DNA of 64,000 bases, taken from positions 3,075-67,074 of the forward strand of contig QCBU01000007.1 in assembly GCA_003281505.1 (NCBI GenBank). The letters run 5' to 3'. The notes beneath the pieces are model-generated. The model searched no databases. It was not told the DNA's origin and saw only the letters and a program-made list of their open reading frames with translations. The translations under genes and the position numbers were made by a program. How positions within the stretch are numbered: position 1 is the stretch's first letter; every line of letters begins with the position of its first letter. Source of the DNA: Prochlorococcus sp. AG-347-J14 (GTDB taxonomy: Bacteria > Cyanobacteriota > Cyanobacteriia > PCC-6307 > Cyanobiaceae). Shown here piece after piece: positions 21,979 to 33,703 of the stretch.

Positions 21979-24900
21979 TTAATACCTAAAAAATAATTGA
22001 ACTTGACTTTTCCAATCTCCATCCGAATCATAAGAACCTAATAATTCTAAGTTTGGATTTGCCTGAAAAGTCAAAATTCCTAAAGGTGAAATATCATCTC
22101 TACCTGGAACCGTTTGAAAGGCAAAATTTATTGCATCATTAATATCAAGCCCTATTTCTGCTACCCAAGCTTGAGAAGAAAATTCCTCATTAGATGATGA
22201 TTGACCATCATTCTCAATATCTAAATTTTCATTAGAAAAAATATTATTTAATGAATCATTATTTTCTATTAACGCTGGATATAAAGAAAACTGAAATCTT
22301 TCACTAAATGCATCAGCATTATTAAGTTGAGAAATAAATGCTCTATTTATTAAATTTGCAGAGTTACCTCCAATTAAACCAATTATTTGTGATCTGTTAT
22401 AACTTGGCGTGCTTCTTAATTGGATTCTTCTATTTTCATCAGCAAAAGATAATTGATCTAAAAATCCTTCATAAGATGCTTCAATTTTGATAAGCCTAGT
22501 ATTACCAATTCCAAATGCACCATAACTGCTTGAACTAGCGTCGACAGCGACATCACCTGATACATTTAAATCCTGATTGTTTTCACTTATAGGTATTATA
22601 GAATCTGGAACTTTACTTACTAAAGAAAAATTTATAAATGGAACCACACCGCTTCTTGATGCAAATAAAATATAATTGTCTTTATTTTTATTAAGCTTAA
22701 ACGGGGTAGTATATAGATTTGCTCTTCCTTTCTTAAGGTAAATAAGACCCCTAGCATTTAAATCTTTTCCTACCTCACCATTTATAGTAAGGTCTAATTT
22801 GGTATCTAAATAAGCTTGAACTATCTCTGAATATTGTAGTTTAAATTCTGGTCCAAGTTTTAGTTTAAGATTATTAAAACTCAAATTATCTAGATAACTA
22901 GGCAAAGTTTCTCCTAAAAGAACTGAATTCAAAATTGTTTCATTTGATATTATTTCAATATTTTTTTTATTATTCCAATAGAGTTCTGGCCAATCTTTTT
23001 TATCCTCTTTTCGTATGAGATTATTTTCTTTTTTGATATTTTGATTGGTGCTATTAAAATTAATAAATCCATTATTAAAAGATAGAGATCCTCCCAAAAC
23101 AGGACTTTCAAATGATCCACTTAAATCGATATCTGAATCTATTAAGAAATCAAAATTATCTTTTTCTAAAGTAAATCTATTTGTTTTCAAATTAATTTTT
23201 GCCTTTTCGGAATTATTATTACTATAAAAAGGCAAAGACCCTTTTATAAAAATTTCCCCAGAATCTTCAGCCTTTGCTTTTAGATTATTGATTTCTAAAG
23301 AATCAAAATCAAAAATTATTATGCTATTAATATCTTTTATTTTATTATTGAAAAAATCAATTTCAGAATCGTTAATTACGATAAATCCATTTAAAAGTGG
23401 TTTATTTAAGGTACCTTTTAGAATCATTCTTAGATTCACATCACCTTCTTTAAAAGTAAAGTATTCATCAGCAAAAATATCTATTAACTCAACAAATTTC
23501 CCATTCCCAATCAATCTTAGATCTAAGTTATCTGATTTATTTATAGGTACTGAGCCCTCAATATTAATTGGGATTTCAGAATCATTTATTAGTATGGAAA
23601 AATTAATATCAAAAATAGAGTTATCAAATTCAACTATTCCTTTATCAAATATTATTGTGTTGTTTTTAATTGATGAATTATTGGAAGAAATTTCACTAAA
23701 GAAAGATTTTGTATCAATATCATAAAATAAATTCATATCTAAACCTCCAAGAAAATCTCTTGGTTTATTTAAAAAGATATTTGCGGTACTTAATGGTAAT
23801 TTATTAAACTTTAAAGAACCTTTACCTGTTAATAATCCGCCTTCTAAATCAATAGAAAATTCCTCTTTTTTATTTTTATTATCCTCTCTAAATACATCAA
23901 GATAACCATTTAATTTTGCATCCAATTTATAGTTGCTTGGCCTATCCCCCTCAATAGTTACTTTTGCATTAAATCTACTCTTGAATTTATTAAAATATTT
24001 TTGCAAATTAAATTTGTCCTCTAACACATTCCTATTTTCAATAAAGTTTTCTATAAGATCGATCCTCTCTTTAAAAGATTTATTAAAGTTATTTATTTCC
24101 AAATCATCTAAAATATTCGATTTACTTATGGGAATAACTTTTTTATTATCAAAGTTAAAAATATCAATCGCAGTAAGGATAGTCCAACTAGTACTTACAT
24201 TCGTGAATTCTGAATTAATAAAATTATTTTTATTTGAATCATATTCAACTTCAATTAATCCTCCATCAATTGGATAAAGTGAAGTATTTATATAAAAATA
24301 ATTATTTTTGACGCTGAAATCAAATAATGAATTGGCTAGATTAATATTTCTATATTTACCTAAACTCCAAGCAAGTCGGCCAACTAGCGATGACTGGTCT
24401 GACGTAATTGATCCTTCACCATTAATAATTCCATCAATTTTATCAAATTGATTTTTGTATAAAGATAATTCAAGTTCATCAAGAGGAAAATTATCCGCCC
24501 GCCACTTATAACTATCTTCCTCTTTTACAATGCCTACAGTCCCTTTATTTGAGTTAAAAACTCTTATAAAATTTGCATTATCTAGTTTAAGATCAGAATC
24601 AAACTTAATTGAAAGAAATGAAGGGATTGGAGAATATCTATTTTTCATATTTAGCAGAAATTCATTATTTACATTTTTAATATCACCCTCCCATGTCTCT
24701 CTAATGCGGACACCTTTAAAGTGCGGATAATCAACATTAAAGTTTATAGAAATATCAGGATCCGTAATTTTTCCTTTTAATTCTCCTTTAGCCGTAATGA
24801 AACCCCTTATATCATTTTTCCGGAAAATATTTAAATTAGATAATTGTGTTCTATTAATTTTAAAACTAGTATCTATATCACCAAAATTAATACCTCTTCT

Positions 24901-25938
24901 ATCAAACCAGAAGGGGATATTACCCGATAATTTGATATCTGGATTCAGGCTATTAATGTATCCAATACTTCCTATTAAATTAATATTATTGGAACTTTTA
25001 TTAAATGGTACATTGAGATTAAAATTCGAAGTCAAAGTTCCATAATTTAATTTTTCTGTATTACCAATTAAATTATTATCTTTACAAAAAAATCTAGTTG
25101 AATTTGAATTTATATTCTCTGCTAAATCTTCTGATTTTATTTTAAAATTAGTTAAAGAAAATCTTCCTTCACAAAATGTGCGCTTTGATGATTTATTAAA
25201 TTTAAAGTTAGATTTAAAGATACCTTTTTTAAAGCTAATTTTTCTATTACCAATAATATATTCAGAATTATCAAGAACTAAACCATTAGAAAATACATCC
25301 AGTTTTAAAAAGTCTTGATTTAATTTTGTATTAAATTTAAATTTTAAAAAACCCTTTTCATCAAAATTTGATTTTATACTTGCAATGATTTGTCTATTTT
25401 TTGACTTGTAAATAATATTACCTTTTACTTTTGTTTTTAATCCTGCATTATTAAACTTCAGATCTGAATATTTATTTAAGTTAAAGTTCAACTCATACTT
25501 AGATTTTGATTTTTTTGTAATTCGATCATCTTTATAAGATTCGTCCCTTTTAAAAAAATCTCTATCTATATTTATGGCAGCTTCCCTAGGACTTATTTTT
25601 ACAATCCATTTTTGTTTTACAAAAGATCTAAAAGGCTTAATTCCAACATATAAATTTTTGGCTGTAATTTCAGAATCAATATTGTTTTTATCATTAATTT
25701 TTGAATTACCCAAAGAAATACCTAGAAATCTAATCCCAACATAATCACCTAAATCAACATTTTTATCTAAAAGATTCTCAATACTTTTTTCTAGTTCTAA
25801 TTTCCTAGAACTATAAGTTTCTTTTAAAAAATTATTTAATAAAAAAGTGCCCAAAAAACCTAAAGGTAAAAGCATCCCTACCAAAAGAATCTTAGTATTT
25901 AAATTTAGAGTTCTAATTTTTTTCAAGTTAGAGCCCAA
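21979..25938 (-). CDS. TamB/DUF490 (AsmA-like) translocation and assembly module protein
   Basis: 1319 aa, single N-terminal TM, beta-rich body, C-terminal beta strand ending in FRY. Confidence 0.75.
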   Translation of the reverse strand: MGSNLKKIRTLNLNTKILLVGMLLPLGFLGTFLLNNFLKETYSSRKLELEKSIENLLDKNVDLGDYVGIRFLGISLGNSKINDKNNIDSEITAKNLYVGIKPFRSFVKQKWIVKISPREAAINIDRDFFKRDESYKDDRITKKSKSKYELNFNLNKYSDLKFNNAGLKTKVKGNIIYKSKNRQIIASIKSNFDEKGFLKFKFNTKLNQDFLKLDVFSNGLVLDNSEYIIGNRKISFKKGIFKSNFKFNKSSKRTFCEGRFSLTNFKIKSEDLAENINSNSTRFFCKDNNLIGNTEKLNYGTLTSNFNLNVPFNKSSNNINLIGSIGYINSLNPDIKLSGNIPFWFDRRGINFGDIDTSFKINRTQLSNLNIFRKNDIRGFITAKGELKGKITDPDISINFNVDYPHFKGVRIRETWEGDIKNVNNEFLLNMKNRYSPIPSFLSIKFDSDLKLDNANFIRVFNSNKGTVGIVKEEDSYKWRADNFPLDELELSLYKNQFDKIDGIINGEGSITSDQSSLVGRLAWSLGKYRNINLANSLFDFSVKNNYFYINTSLYPIDGGLIEVEYDSNKNNFINSEFTNVSTSWTILTAIDIFNFDNKKVIPISKSNILDDLEINNFNKSFKERIDLIENFIENRNVLEDKFNLQKYFNKFKSRFNAKVTIEGDRPSNYKLDAKLNGYLDVFREDNKNKKEEFSIDLEGGLLTGKGSLKFNKLPLSTANIFLNKPRDFLGGLDMNLFYDIDTKSFFSEISSNNSSIKNNTIIFDKGIVEFDNSIFDINFSILINDSEIPINIEGSVPINKSDNLDLRLIGNGKFVELIDIFADEYFTFKEGDVNLRMILKGTLNKPLLNGFIVINDSEIDFFNNKIKDINSIIIFDFDSLEINNLKAKAEDSGEIFIKGSLPFYSNNNSEKAKINLKTNRFTLEKDNFDFLIDSDIDLSGSFESPVLGGSLSFNNGFINFNSTNQNIKKENNLIRKEDKKDWPELYWNNKKNIEIISNETILNSVLLGETLPSYLDNLSFNNLKLKLGPEFKLQYSEIVQAYLDTKLDLTINGEVGKDLNARGLIYLKKGRANLYTTPFKLNKNKDNYILFASRSGVVPFINFSLVSKVPDSIIPISENNQDLNVSGDVAVDASSSSYGAFGIGNTRLIKIEASYEGFLDQLSFADENRRIQLRSTPSYNRSQIIGLIGGNSANLINRAFISQLNNADAFSERFQFSLYPALIENNDSLNNIFSNENLDIENDGQSSSNEEFSSQAWVAEIGLDINDAINFAFQTVPGRDDISPLGILTFQANPNLELLGSYDSDGDWKSQVQLFFRY

Positions 25939-25990
25939 AAATAGAGTAGGCTTACAAAATATAAGAAATTAATCAGGTCAAAGCCACTAA

Positions 25991-26434
25991 ATGTCTTTTT
26001 TTGAACTATTAGAGAACACACCCAAAATTTTTGGATTCCTTGGAATATTTCTTTTCATTTGCACAATAGCAGCTTTTATATTTGATTTTGGTTTTAAATT
26101 TCGAATAATTGGAGCAACTATCTTTTCATTATTGCTTTCTTTGAGTAGTTGGGCATTTATACAAAGTTACTCAGAAAAGGTTGCAATAGAAGATGCAAAA
26201 TATGTTCCAATTGTTTATGATAATGGGTTCGATTTGATTATTGCTAAAGCAGATGATGACTTTCAAGAAGAATCTATTGAACCAACTTTAGAACAATTAT
26301 CGGAAAACTTAAGGAAAGGTAGCAGATCTGGTGCGAATGTAAAAATAAAGATAAGAAAACTTGAAAAAATTTCGGATGGCGTAAGTAAACCAGTGGTTAT
26401 AGGAGAAGTTCAGAAAAATGTCAAAATGAATTAG
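25991..26434 (+). CDS. Ycf51/DUF2518-family protein
   Basis: Two TM helices with FRIIGAT, then VYDNG. Confidence 0.7.
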   Translation: MSFFELLENTPKIFGFLGIFLFICTIAAFIFDFGFKFRIIGATIFSLLLSLSSWAFIQSYSEKVAIEDAKYVPIVYDNGFDLIIAKADDDFQEESIEPTLEQLSENLRKGSRSGANVKIKIRKLEKISDGVSKPVVIGEVQKNVKMN

Positions 26435-26445
26435 TCTCTTAAACA

Positions 26446-26841
26446 ATGGAAAGTAAAACCTTTTTAGATATCTTGCCAAATAATTTTAGACATGAGAAAT
26501 CTTTTTTTGTTCAAAATAATTTAACTGACATTGAAAAATTAAGTAATCTTTCTGACCTAGAAATAAATGAGATTCAAAGAACATATTCACTATGCACATT
26601 GAATAATCTAAAGAAAATTAGAGCCATAGCTATTTTTAAAAAAGAAATTGGAATTTCTCCACCGCAAGCATATCTACTTTTGCATTGCGGTATATCTTCT
26701 ATTAAATCATTATCACTATCAAGTCCTTACGAATTAGAGCGCAAAATTGGTAGATTAGAAAGAATTCTTGGAGTAAAAACTGAAACAGATACAACTTTTG
26801 CTCTCTTAAAGGAATGGATTAAAAAAGCTAGTGAAATCTAA
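26446..26841 (+). CDS. DUF4332-family (helix-hairpin-helix-like) protein
   Basis: AYLLLHCGI...EWIKKA pattern. Confidence 0.65.
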   Translation: MESKTFLDILPNNFRHEKSFFVQNNLTDIEKLSNLSDLEINEIQRTYSLCTLNNLKKIRAIAIFKKEIGISPPQAYLLLHCGISSIKSLSLSSPYELERKIGRLERILGVKTETDTTFALLKEWIKKASEI

Positions 26842-26899
26842 AAATCTATTTGAAATCTTGGTTAAAAAAATTTTTTAATGTAGAATTTAGAAAAAGTTA

Positions 26900-27172
26900 G
26901 TGAAAATGAAACCTCTGTTATTTTTATTATTTTTGTTTTCCAACTCTTTATACCCTGTTTTTAGTCAATCTAACCTACTGGAAAATGTAAAAAAGAATCC
27001 AAACGAAGCTAAGAATTTATGCAATAAGTTTAGAGAGTTTAATTCAAAAGGTATTTCAGCTAGTTCAGATAAAGCTATAGAGTATGTATCAAACAAAAAA
27101 AAGTTAACTCCCGTTAACGCAGAGATCTTTTCTATTTACGTGATTGGGCTGCACTGTCCAGACATTATCTAA
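26900..27172 (+). CDS. Conserved exported hypothetical protein (signal peptide, 2 Cys)
   Basis: Hydrophobic N-terminus; NLC...HCPD. Confidence 0.65.
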   Translation: MKMKPLLFLLFLFSNSLYPVFSQSNLLENVKKNPNEAKNLCNKFREFNSKGISASSDKAIEYVSNKKKLTPVNAEIFSIYVIGLHCPDII

Positions 27173-27179
27173 AGCCTAA

Positions 27180-28757
27180 ATGTCTGGTTCAAGATGGTTT
27201 GACAAGTCTTTAATACTTAGAGATGGAGTAAAACTTATATCAAGGATTTGGTTACCTAATAGCAATGGACCATGGCCTGCATTATTAATGAGACAACCTT
27301 ATGGCAGGGAAATTGCTTCAACTATTACCTATTCTCATCCTGAATGGTGGGCTTCCAAAGGGTATATGGTCATAATTCAAGACGTTAGAGGTATGGGTTC
27401 TTCTGAAGGAGTCTTTAATGGTTTTTCTCAAGAAGCTAGCGATACTTCAGAAACTCATGAATGGGTAAGGTCTCTAAAAGAATGTAATGGGAAACTTGGC
27501 TTATATGGTTTTTCATATCAAGGATTTACTCAACTAACCGGCGAATTAAATTCAAAGCCGCCCGATTGTTTATCTCCAGCAATGACTGGGATGAATATTA
27601 AGGATCATTGGTGCTCAGATGGAGGAGCATATTGGTGGCATAACAATATTGCATGGGGACTTCAAATCGCGGCACTAAAAATGAAAAAAGAAAATAATTT
27701 GTTTGAGTGGAGAAAGATAAGATTAGCTTTAGAAAATAAAAGTTATTTAACGGAAGGAATTGAAATTTTAAAAAAATATGATCCTAATAGCTTTGTTTTG
27801 GAATGGCTTAAAAATTTAGATAATGCTCGCCCATTTGAAGAATTTAAACCAATTTCAACATGGATTAAACAACCTATGTTAATTATTGGAGGACTTTGGG
27901 ATCCACATTTAAAAGGCGCCTTTGATCTTTATAAAAAATCTAAAGAAGCTGGTGGAAGCCCAGAGATTATTATTGGGGATGCAACACATCTAAATTGGTG
28001 GAAGGGATCACAAGAATCTTTATTAAATTTTTTTGATAAACATTTAAAATTAGATGAAGATTTCAATTCAAAGAATTTAAAAGACGAGAGAAAAATATGG
28101 AATATTTCATTAAATAAATGGGAAGATTTAGATAACAAATTTAATCCTGAATTTATTTTTGGACTCAAAAGCGATGGTACAGCAAATGTAGAGGTTGAAG
28201 ATGGAAGTCTGACCATAAATTCAAAAGGATCAGGATGGTTCACAATTGTTCATGACCCATGGAGACCTACTCCATCTGACGGTGGACATTTAGGTCCAAA
28301 TCCAGGAAAGTTTAACAGAAGCATTATTGATAAACGACTAGATGTAGGTGTTTTTCAAACCAATTCTTTTGAAGAAGATCAGTATTTAAAAGGAATACCC
28401 ACATTAGAAATCCAAGTAAAAAGTGATCAGCCCAATTTCGATATCTGCCTTGCTTTATCTCTAGTTGAACAAGGTAATGAAAAGGTGAATCAATTTTCAA
28501 CCGGGTTCTTAAGGGTTAAAAACTCCAAAATAAGTGAAGAATGCATTTATCAAATCACAATGCAACCAACAAATATTTGTTTAATTAAAGATAGCAAGCT
28601 TCGCTTATCTATATCTGCATCAGCTTATCCCGCTATTGGAGTTAATCCTGGATTTGGGGAGGGGAATATTGGATCTCCTTCAGCAAATCATAGAGTTATT
28701 ACTCTAAGTTTTAGCCTAGATAAAACATTTATGAAAATGACCCCTTTTTTTTTATAA
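27180..28757 (+). CDS. CocE/NonD-family acyl esterase
   Basis: RQPYG, QDVRG, GFSYQG (GxSYxG). Confidence 0.88.
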   Translation: MSGSRWFDKSLILRDGVKLISRIWLPNSNGPWPALLMRQPYGREIASTITYSHPEWWASKGYMVIIQDVRGMGSSEGVFNGFSQEASDTSETHEWVRSLKECNGKLGLYGFSYQGFTQLTGELNSKPPDCLSPAMTGMNIKDHWCSDGGAYWWHNNIAWGLQIAALKMKKENNLFEWRKIRLALENKSYLTEGIEILKKYDPNSFVLEWLKNLDNARPFEEFKPISTWIKQPMLIIGGLWDPHLKGAFDLYKKSKEAGGSPEIIIGDATHLNWWKGSQESLLNFFDKHLKLDEDFNSKNLKDERKIWNISLNKWEDLDNKFNPEFIFGLKSDGTANVEVEDGSLTINSKGSGWFTIVHDPWRPTPSDGGHLGPNPGKFNRSIIDKRLDVGVFQTNSFEEDQYLKGIPTLEIQVKSDQPNFDICLALSLVEQGNEKVNQFSTGFLRVKNSKISEECIYQITMQPTNICLIKDSKLRLSISASAYPAIGVNPGFGEGNIGSPSANHRVITLSFSLDKTFMKMTPFFL

Positions 28758-28813
28758 ATAATTAATTTTTTGGTTAATCATTTGATATTATTAATCGTTA
28801 ATGTCTACCAGTC

Positions 28814-31078
28814 ATGATCGAGACAATTCAAGCAGACTGGATTAAATCAGAAGCTATCAACCTAGAAAATTGTTGCAATGATAATCCATTAAAAATATTA
28901 GGTCCTCATTTTTATGAAGAACAATGGGTAATTAGGGTTTGGATGCCTGAAGCCGACGAAGTTAAAATAAATTTTAAAAACAAAACCTATAAGGCGGAAA
29001 GCATAAACCATAAATGGCTTTTTGAAGCTATCTTGCCTGAAAATCCAAATCACAATTACGAAATAAATATTTCACGAGGAGGGATCACACATACACAACA
29101 TGACCCTTGGTCATATAGAGAAGAGTGGATGGGAGAAGTTGATAGACATCTTTTTGCAGAAGGTAATCATCATCATATTTGGGAAAAAATGGGAGCACAT
29201 CTCATTGAAGAAAAGAATCAAAAAGGGGTCATGTTTTGCATTTGGGCTCCAAATGCAAAATCAATCTCGATAATTGGAGATATAAATTCTTGGGATGGAA
29301 GACATCATCCAATGCAAAAAAGATTAGGGGGAATTTGGGAACTATTCATGCCATCAATGCAAGAGGGCGACACATATAAATACGAAATAAGAACACAACA
29401 AGGTCATATCTATGAGAAAGCTGATCCATATGGTTTCCTTCATGAAATCAGACCTCAAAATGGTTCAATAGTTTCAAAGTTGAAAAACTTTAATTGGAAT
29501 GATAGTTCTTGGATTTCAAACAGAGATTCTTCTAGTCAAATTAACAAGCCAATTTCAGTTTATGAAATGCATTTAGGGAGTTGGCTCCATGAATCAACAG
29601 ATAATAAATATCTGGAGGACAATGGTGAACCAAGAGAACCAGTACCTGCAGCCGATTTAAAACCCGGAACACGATTATTAACTTATCCAGAATTAACCAA
29701 GAAACTAATCCCTTACGTAAAAGAAAGAGGATTCACTCATATTGAACTAATGCCAATATCTGAACACCCTTTCGATGGATCATGGGGATACCAAGTTACA
29801 GGCTGGTATGCACCAACAAGTAGATTTGGCACCCCAAATGAATTTAGAGATTTTGTAAATAAATGTCATGAAGAGGGCATAGGCGTAATTCTTGATTGGG
29901 TGCCCGGTCATTTTCCAAAAGATAAGCATGGTTTAGCATTTTTTGATGGCTGCCATCTTTATGAGCATGGAGATTCACGAATAGGTGAACACAAAGAATG
30001 GGGAACCTTAATATTTAATTACAGCAGAAACGAAGTAAGAAATTTCTTAGTAGCAAATCTCGTTTATTGGTTTGAAGAGTTTCATATTGATGGCATAAGA
30101 GTAGATGCTGTAGCTTCCATGCTTTACAGAGATTATCTACGTCCTGATGGAGAATGGATACCCAATGAAAATGGTGGGAATGAAAATATAGAAGCCGTTA
30201 AATTTCTTCAACAGGCTAATCATGTACTCTTCCAACACTTCCCAGGTGCACTTTCTATTGCTGAAGAATCAACAACTTGGCCAATGGTAACCAAACCAAC
30301 TGACATGGGAGGGTTAGGTTTTAACTTGAAATGGAATATGGGATGGATGCACGATATGCTTGATTATTTTGAAATAGATCCTTGGTTTAGGCAATTCCAT
30401 CAAAATAGTGTGACTTTCTCAATTACATATAACTATACAGAGAACTTTATGCTTGCACTTAGTCATGATGAGGTTGTCCATGGTAAAAGTCATCTTTTGC
30501 ATAAAATGCCGGGCGATGACTGGAAGAAATATGCAAATACTCGAGCATTACTAACTTATATGTGGACCCACCCTGGTAAAAAAACAATATTTATGGGAAT
30601 GGAATTTGGGCAAAGACAAGAATGGAATGTTTGGGATGATTTGCAATGGGATTTACTAGAATTTGAGCCCCATAAAGGTATCAGAAACTTAATTGATGAC
30701 CTAAACGTTCTTTATAAAAATGAACCTGCATTATGGAAAAATGACTTTGATCCCTATGGATTCCAATGGATAGATTGTAATGATAAATCTAATTCGGTTA
30801 TAAGTTTCATGAGAAGAGAAAACGATACCAATGAATGGCTTGTTGTTGTTGCTAACTTTACACCTAATACTCATGGGTCATACAAAGTTGGTGTTCCTGT
30901 AGAAGGATTCTATAAAGAAATATTTAATTCAGATGGCTCTAAATACGGGGGCAGTAACAAAGGAAATATGGGGGGTAAAGAAACTATAAATTACAATATT
31001 CATGATTATCAAAATGCTCTAGAACTTGCTTTGCCCCCATTAAGCGTGAGTATCTTCAAACATCAGTCAAAAAAATAA
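28814..31078 (+). CDS. glgB: 1,4-alpha-glucan branching enzyme
   Basis: [38 protein letters not shown]. Confidence 0.97.
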   Translation: MIETIQADWIKSEAINLENCCNDNPLKILGPHFYEEQWVIRVWMPEADEVKINFKNKTYKAESINHKWLFEAILPENPNHNYEINISRGGITHTQHDPWSYREEWMGEVDRHLFAEGNHHHIWEKMGAHLIEEKNQKGVMFCIWAPNAKSISIIGDINSWDGRHHPMQKRLGGIWELFMPSMQEGDTYKYEIRTQQGHIYEKADPYGFLHEIRPQNGSIVSKLKNFNWNDSSWISNRDSSSQINKPISVYEMHLGSWLHESTDNKYLEDNGEPREPVPAADLKPGTRLLTYPELTKKLIPYVKERGFTHIELMPISEHPFDGSWGYQVTGWYAPTSRFGTPNEFRDFVNKCHEEGIGVILDWVPGHFPKDKHGLAFFDGCHLYEHGDSRIGEHKEWGTLIFNYSRNEVRNFLVANLVYWFEEFHIDGIRVDAVASMLYRDYLRPDGEWIPNENGGNENIEAVKFLQQANHVLFQHFPGALSIAEESTTWPMVTKPTDMGGLGFNLKWNMGWMHDMLDYFEIDPWFRQFHQNSVTFSITYNYTENFMLALSHDEVVHGKSHLLHKMPGDDWKKYANTRALLTYMWTHPGKKTIFMGMEFGQRQEWNVWDDLQWDLLEFEPHKGIRNLIDDLNVLYKNEPALWKNDFDPYGFQWIDCNDKSNSVISFMRRENDTNEWLVVVANFTPNTHGSYKVGVPVEGFYKEIFNSDGSKYGGSNKGNMGGKETINYNIHDYQNALELALPPLSVSIFKHQSKK

Positions 31079-31193
31079 AAAGGCTAATTTAATTTACTGC
31101 TTCATATAAATGTTCATATACTGCTTTTGCTCTGCTTTACATTGTAAGATTTTTAAGTTGGATTTTAATTTTTTAAAAATATCGAATTGAAAA

Positions 31194-32234
31194 ATGGGTC
31201 AAGATTTACCACTACTACTTTCTGCCGCAATAGGTAAAAAAGTAAATAGACCTCCAGTATGGATGATGAGGCAAGCAGGAAGATATATGAAAATCTATAG
31301 AGATTTAAGGGAGCGTTACCCTAGCTTTAGAGAGAGATCTGAAAATCCAGAACTATCATATGAGATTTCAATGCAGCCTTTTCATGCTTTCAAACCGGAT
31401 GGTGTGATCCTTTTTTCAGATATTCTCACACCTCTTCCAGGGATGGGCATAAATTTTGAAATAATTGAAAGTAAAGGTCCAATTATTGAGGACCCAATAA
31501 GAACTCTTAACCAGGTAGAGAATTTAAATGAATTAAATCCAAGTGAGAGCTTAAGTTTTGTTGGGCAAGTTCTTACTTCACTAAAAAAAGAAGTTAATAA
31601 TGATGCAACAGTTTTAGGTTTTGTTGGCGCACCTTGGACTCTTGCTGCATATGTAGTTGAAGGTAAAAGCAGTAAAAATTATTCCTTAATAAAATCAATG
31701 GCTTTTAATGAACCAGATTTACTTCATAAACTTCTTGATCATTTTGCAAAATCTATTGGTGAATATCTTAAATATCAAATAAAATCTGGAGCGCAGGTAG
31801 TACAAATTTTTGATTCATGGGCTGGCCAACTAAGCCCACAAGATTATGATATCTTTGCTGGGCCATATCAAAAAAAAGTTGTTGAAATTGTAAAAGCGGA
31901 ATACCCTGAAACACCAATAATTCTTTACATTTCAGGAAGTGCTGGGGTTCTGGAAAGAATGGCAAAAACTGGAGTAGATATAATTTCATTAGACTGGACA
32001 GTAGATATTGAAGAGGCTTGCAAAAGAATTCCCAGGGGGATTGGAATTCAAGGTAATGTTGACCCTGGCATTTTATTCGGAAACAAAGAATCAATAAAAG
32101 AAAGGATAGATAATACTTTCAATAAAATCAAAGGCAGGAAATATATTCTTAATTTGGGTCATGGGATTTTACCTGGGACTCCAGAAGAAAATGCTCAAAC
32201 ATTTTTTGAACATGGAAAAAAACTCACTTACTAG
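31194..32234 (+). CDS. hemE: Uroporphyrinogen decarboxylase
   Basis: [27 protein letters not shown]. Confidence 0.97.
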   Translation: MGQDLPLLLSAAIGKKVNRPPVWMMRQAGRYMKIYRDLRERYPSFRERSENPELSYEISMQPFHAFKPDGVILFSDILTPLPGMGINFEIIESKGPIIEDPIRTLNQVENLNELNPSESLSFVGQVLTSLKKEVNNDATVLGFVGAPWTLAAYVVEGKSSKNYSLIKSMAFNEPDLLHKLLDHFAKSIGEYLKYQIKSGAQVVQIFDSWAGQLSPQDYDIFAGPYQKKVVEIVKAEYPETPIILYISGSAGVLERMAKTGVDIISLDWTVDIEEACKRIPRGIGIQGNVDPGILFGNKESIKERIDNTFNKIKGRKYILNLGHGILPGTPEENAQTFFEHGKKLTY

Positions 32235-32242
32235 TCAAAGTC

Positions 32243-33226
32243 TTGGCATATAAAAACTTATTAATAACAGGCGCCAATGGATGTGTTGGCCAATATTTAG
32301 TTGATTGGTTTTTGAAAAACACAAAATTCAGGCTTCATCTCATGGTAAGAGACAAAAGTAAGTTACCAATTTCTGTTCAAGAAAATAAAAAAGTCAAGTT
32401 AATGATATGCGATATCAGGGAATCAAATAAGTATAAAAAAGAAATTAGTCAAATTAATTACTTAATACATACTGCTACAGCTTGGGGAGATCCCAAAAGA
32501 GCCTATGAAGTAAATATCAAAGCTTTTGAAGAATTACTAGAAATGCTTGATATTGAAAAGTTAGAAAAGATTATTTATTTTTCAACAGCTAGTATTCTTG
32601 ATACCCAAACTGAATTAATGAGGGAATCATTGATTTATGGAACAGAGTACATTCAAACAAAATATGAATGTTTCCAGAGACTTAGAGAAAGCTCATTTGC
32701 AGAAAAAACATTCGCTGTTTTCCCTACCTTGGTTTTTGGAGGAAATCTTGGAAAAAAAAGTAAATACCCTGTGAGTTATTTAACTAGTGGATTGAAAGAA
32801 ATTGGGAAATGGCTTTGGTTAGCAAGATTTTTAAAACTCGATTCTAAATTTCACTTTATACACGCAAATGATATCGCCCAGATTTGCGGGTTTCTAATTA
32901 AAAATCATAAAGAAGAGCAATACAAAGGCTTTAGAAAATTTGTGCTAGGTCAAAAATTCATTTCAATTGATGATGCCATAATTACACTTTTAAAAAGAAA
33001 TAATATGAGGAGATTTTTTGCGATACCGCTTACAAGAAAGATTCTAAAAATATTATTAAGAATTCTCCCCATCCAAACTACTCCTTGGGATAGCTTCAGT
33101 ATCAAAAAATATGACTTTAATCATGTCCCCATCACTAATCCTGAGACTTTCAAACTTAAAAGTTATGCCAAGTCACTGAATGATATTTTAAGGTTATCAA
33201 AGTTACCAAGCTGTAATAACAATTAA
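32243..33226 (+). CDS. NAD-dependent epimerase/dehydratase family protein
   Basis: ITGANGCVG Rossmann motif, YIQTK (YxxxK); TTG start. Confidence 0.85.
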   Translation: MAYKNLLITGANGCVGQYLVDWFLKNTKFRLHLMVRDKSKLPISVQENKKVKLMICDIRESNKYKKEISQINYLIHTATAWGDPKRAYEVNIKAFEELLEMLDIEKLEKIIYFSTASILDTQTELMRESLIYGTEYIQTKYECFQRLRESSFAEKTFAVFPTLVFGGNLGKKSKYPVSYLTSGLKEIGKWLWLARFLKLDSKFHFIHANDIAQICGFLIKNHKEEQYKGFRKFVLGQKFISIDDAIITLLKRNNMRRFFAIPLTRKILKILLRILPIQTTPWDSFSIKKYDFNHVPITNPETFKLKSYAKSLNDILRLSKLPSCNNN

Positions 33227-33285
33227 AATTCTCGCAGTTAAGTTACCAAAGCCTTGTAATATATACAGATAAGCAAATTTTTATT

Positions 33286-33636
33286 ATGTTACGTTCAATC
33301 TTTGCAGGGTTATTTGCAATAGTTTTAACTCTAGGTCTAGGTATTTCATCAGTTTCAGCTAAGACTGTTGAGGTAAAACTCGGAACGGATGCTGGAATGC
33401 TTGCATTTGAACCAAGTACAGTAACCATTAGTGCTGGTGATACAGTTAAATTCGTCAATAATAAACTTGCCCCTCACAATGCTGTATTTGATGGGCATGA
33501 GGAATTAAGTCATGCAGACCTAGCTTTTGCTCCAGGAGAGTCTTGGGAAGAAACGTTTGATACAGCAGGAACTTATGATTACTATTGCGAGCCACACAGA
33601 GGTGCTGGAATGGTAGGTAAAGTTATTGTTGAATAA
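33286..33636 (+). CDS. petE: Plastocyanin
   Basis: Signal peptide; PHN and [11 protein letters not shown] Cu ligands. Confidence 0.97.
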   Translation: MLRSIFAGLFAIVLTLGLGISSVSAKTVEVKLGTDAGMLAFEPSTVTISAGDTVKFVNNKLAPHNAVFDGHEELSHADLAFAPGESWEETFDTAGTYDYYCEPHRGAGMVGKVIVE

Positions 33637-33703
33637 ATTTTCTAAATAGTTAAACACCCTTTTTGGCTTAATATATATTACGGTCAGATTCAAATTTTGA
33701 TAA

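Noticed and set aside
21979-25938. Very low-GC, Asn/Lys-rich 1319-aa ORF as possible foreign island gene
   Set aside because: Architecture fits core TamB/DUF490; no flanking repeats; composition reflects AT drift in a fast-evolving protein
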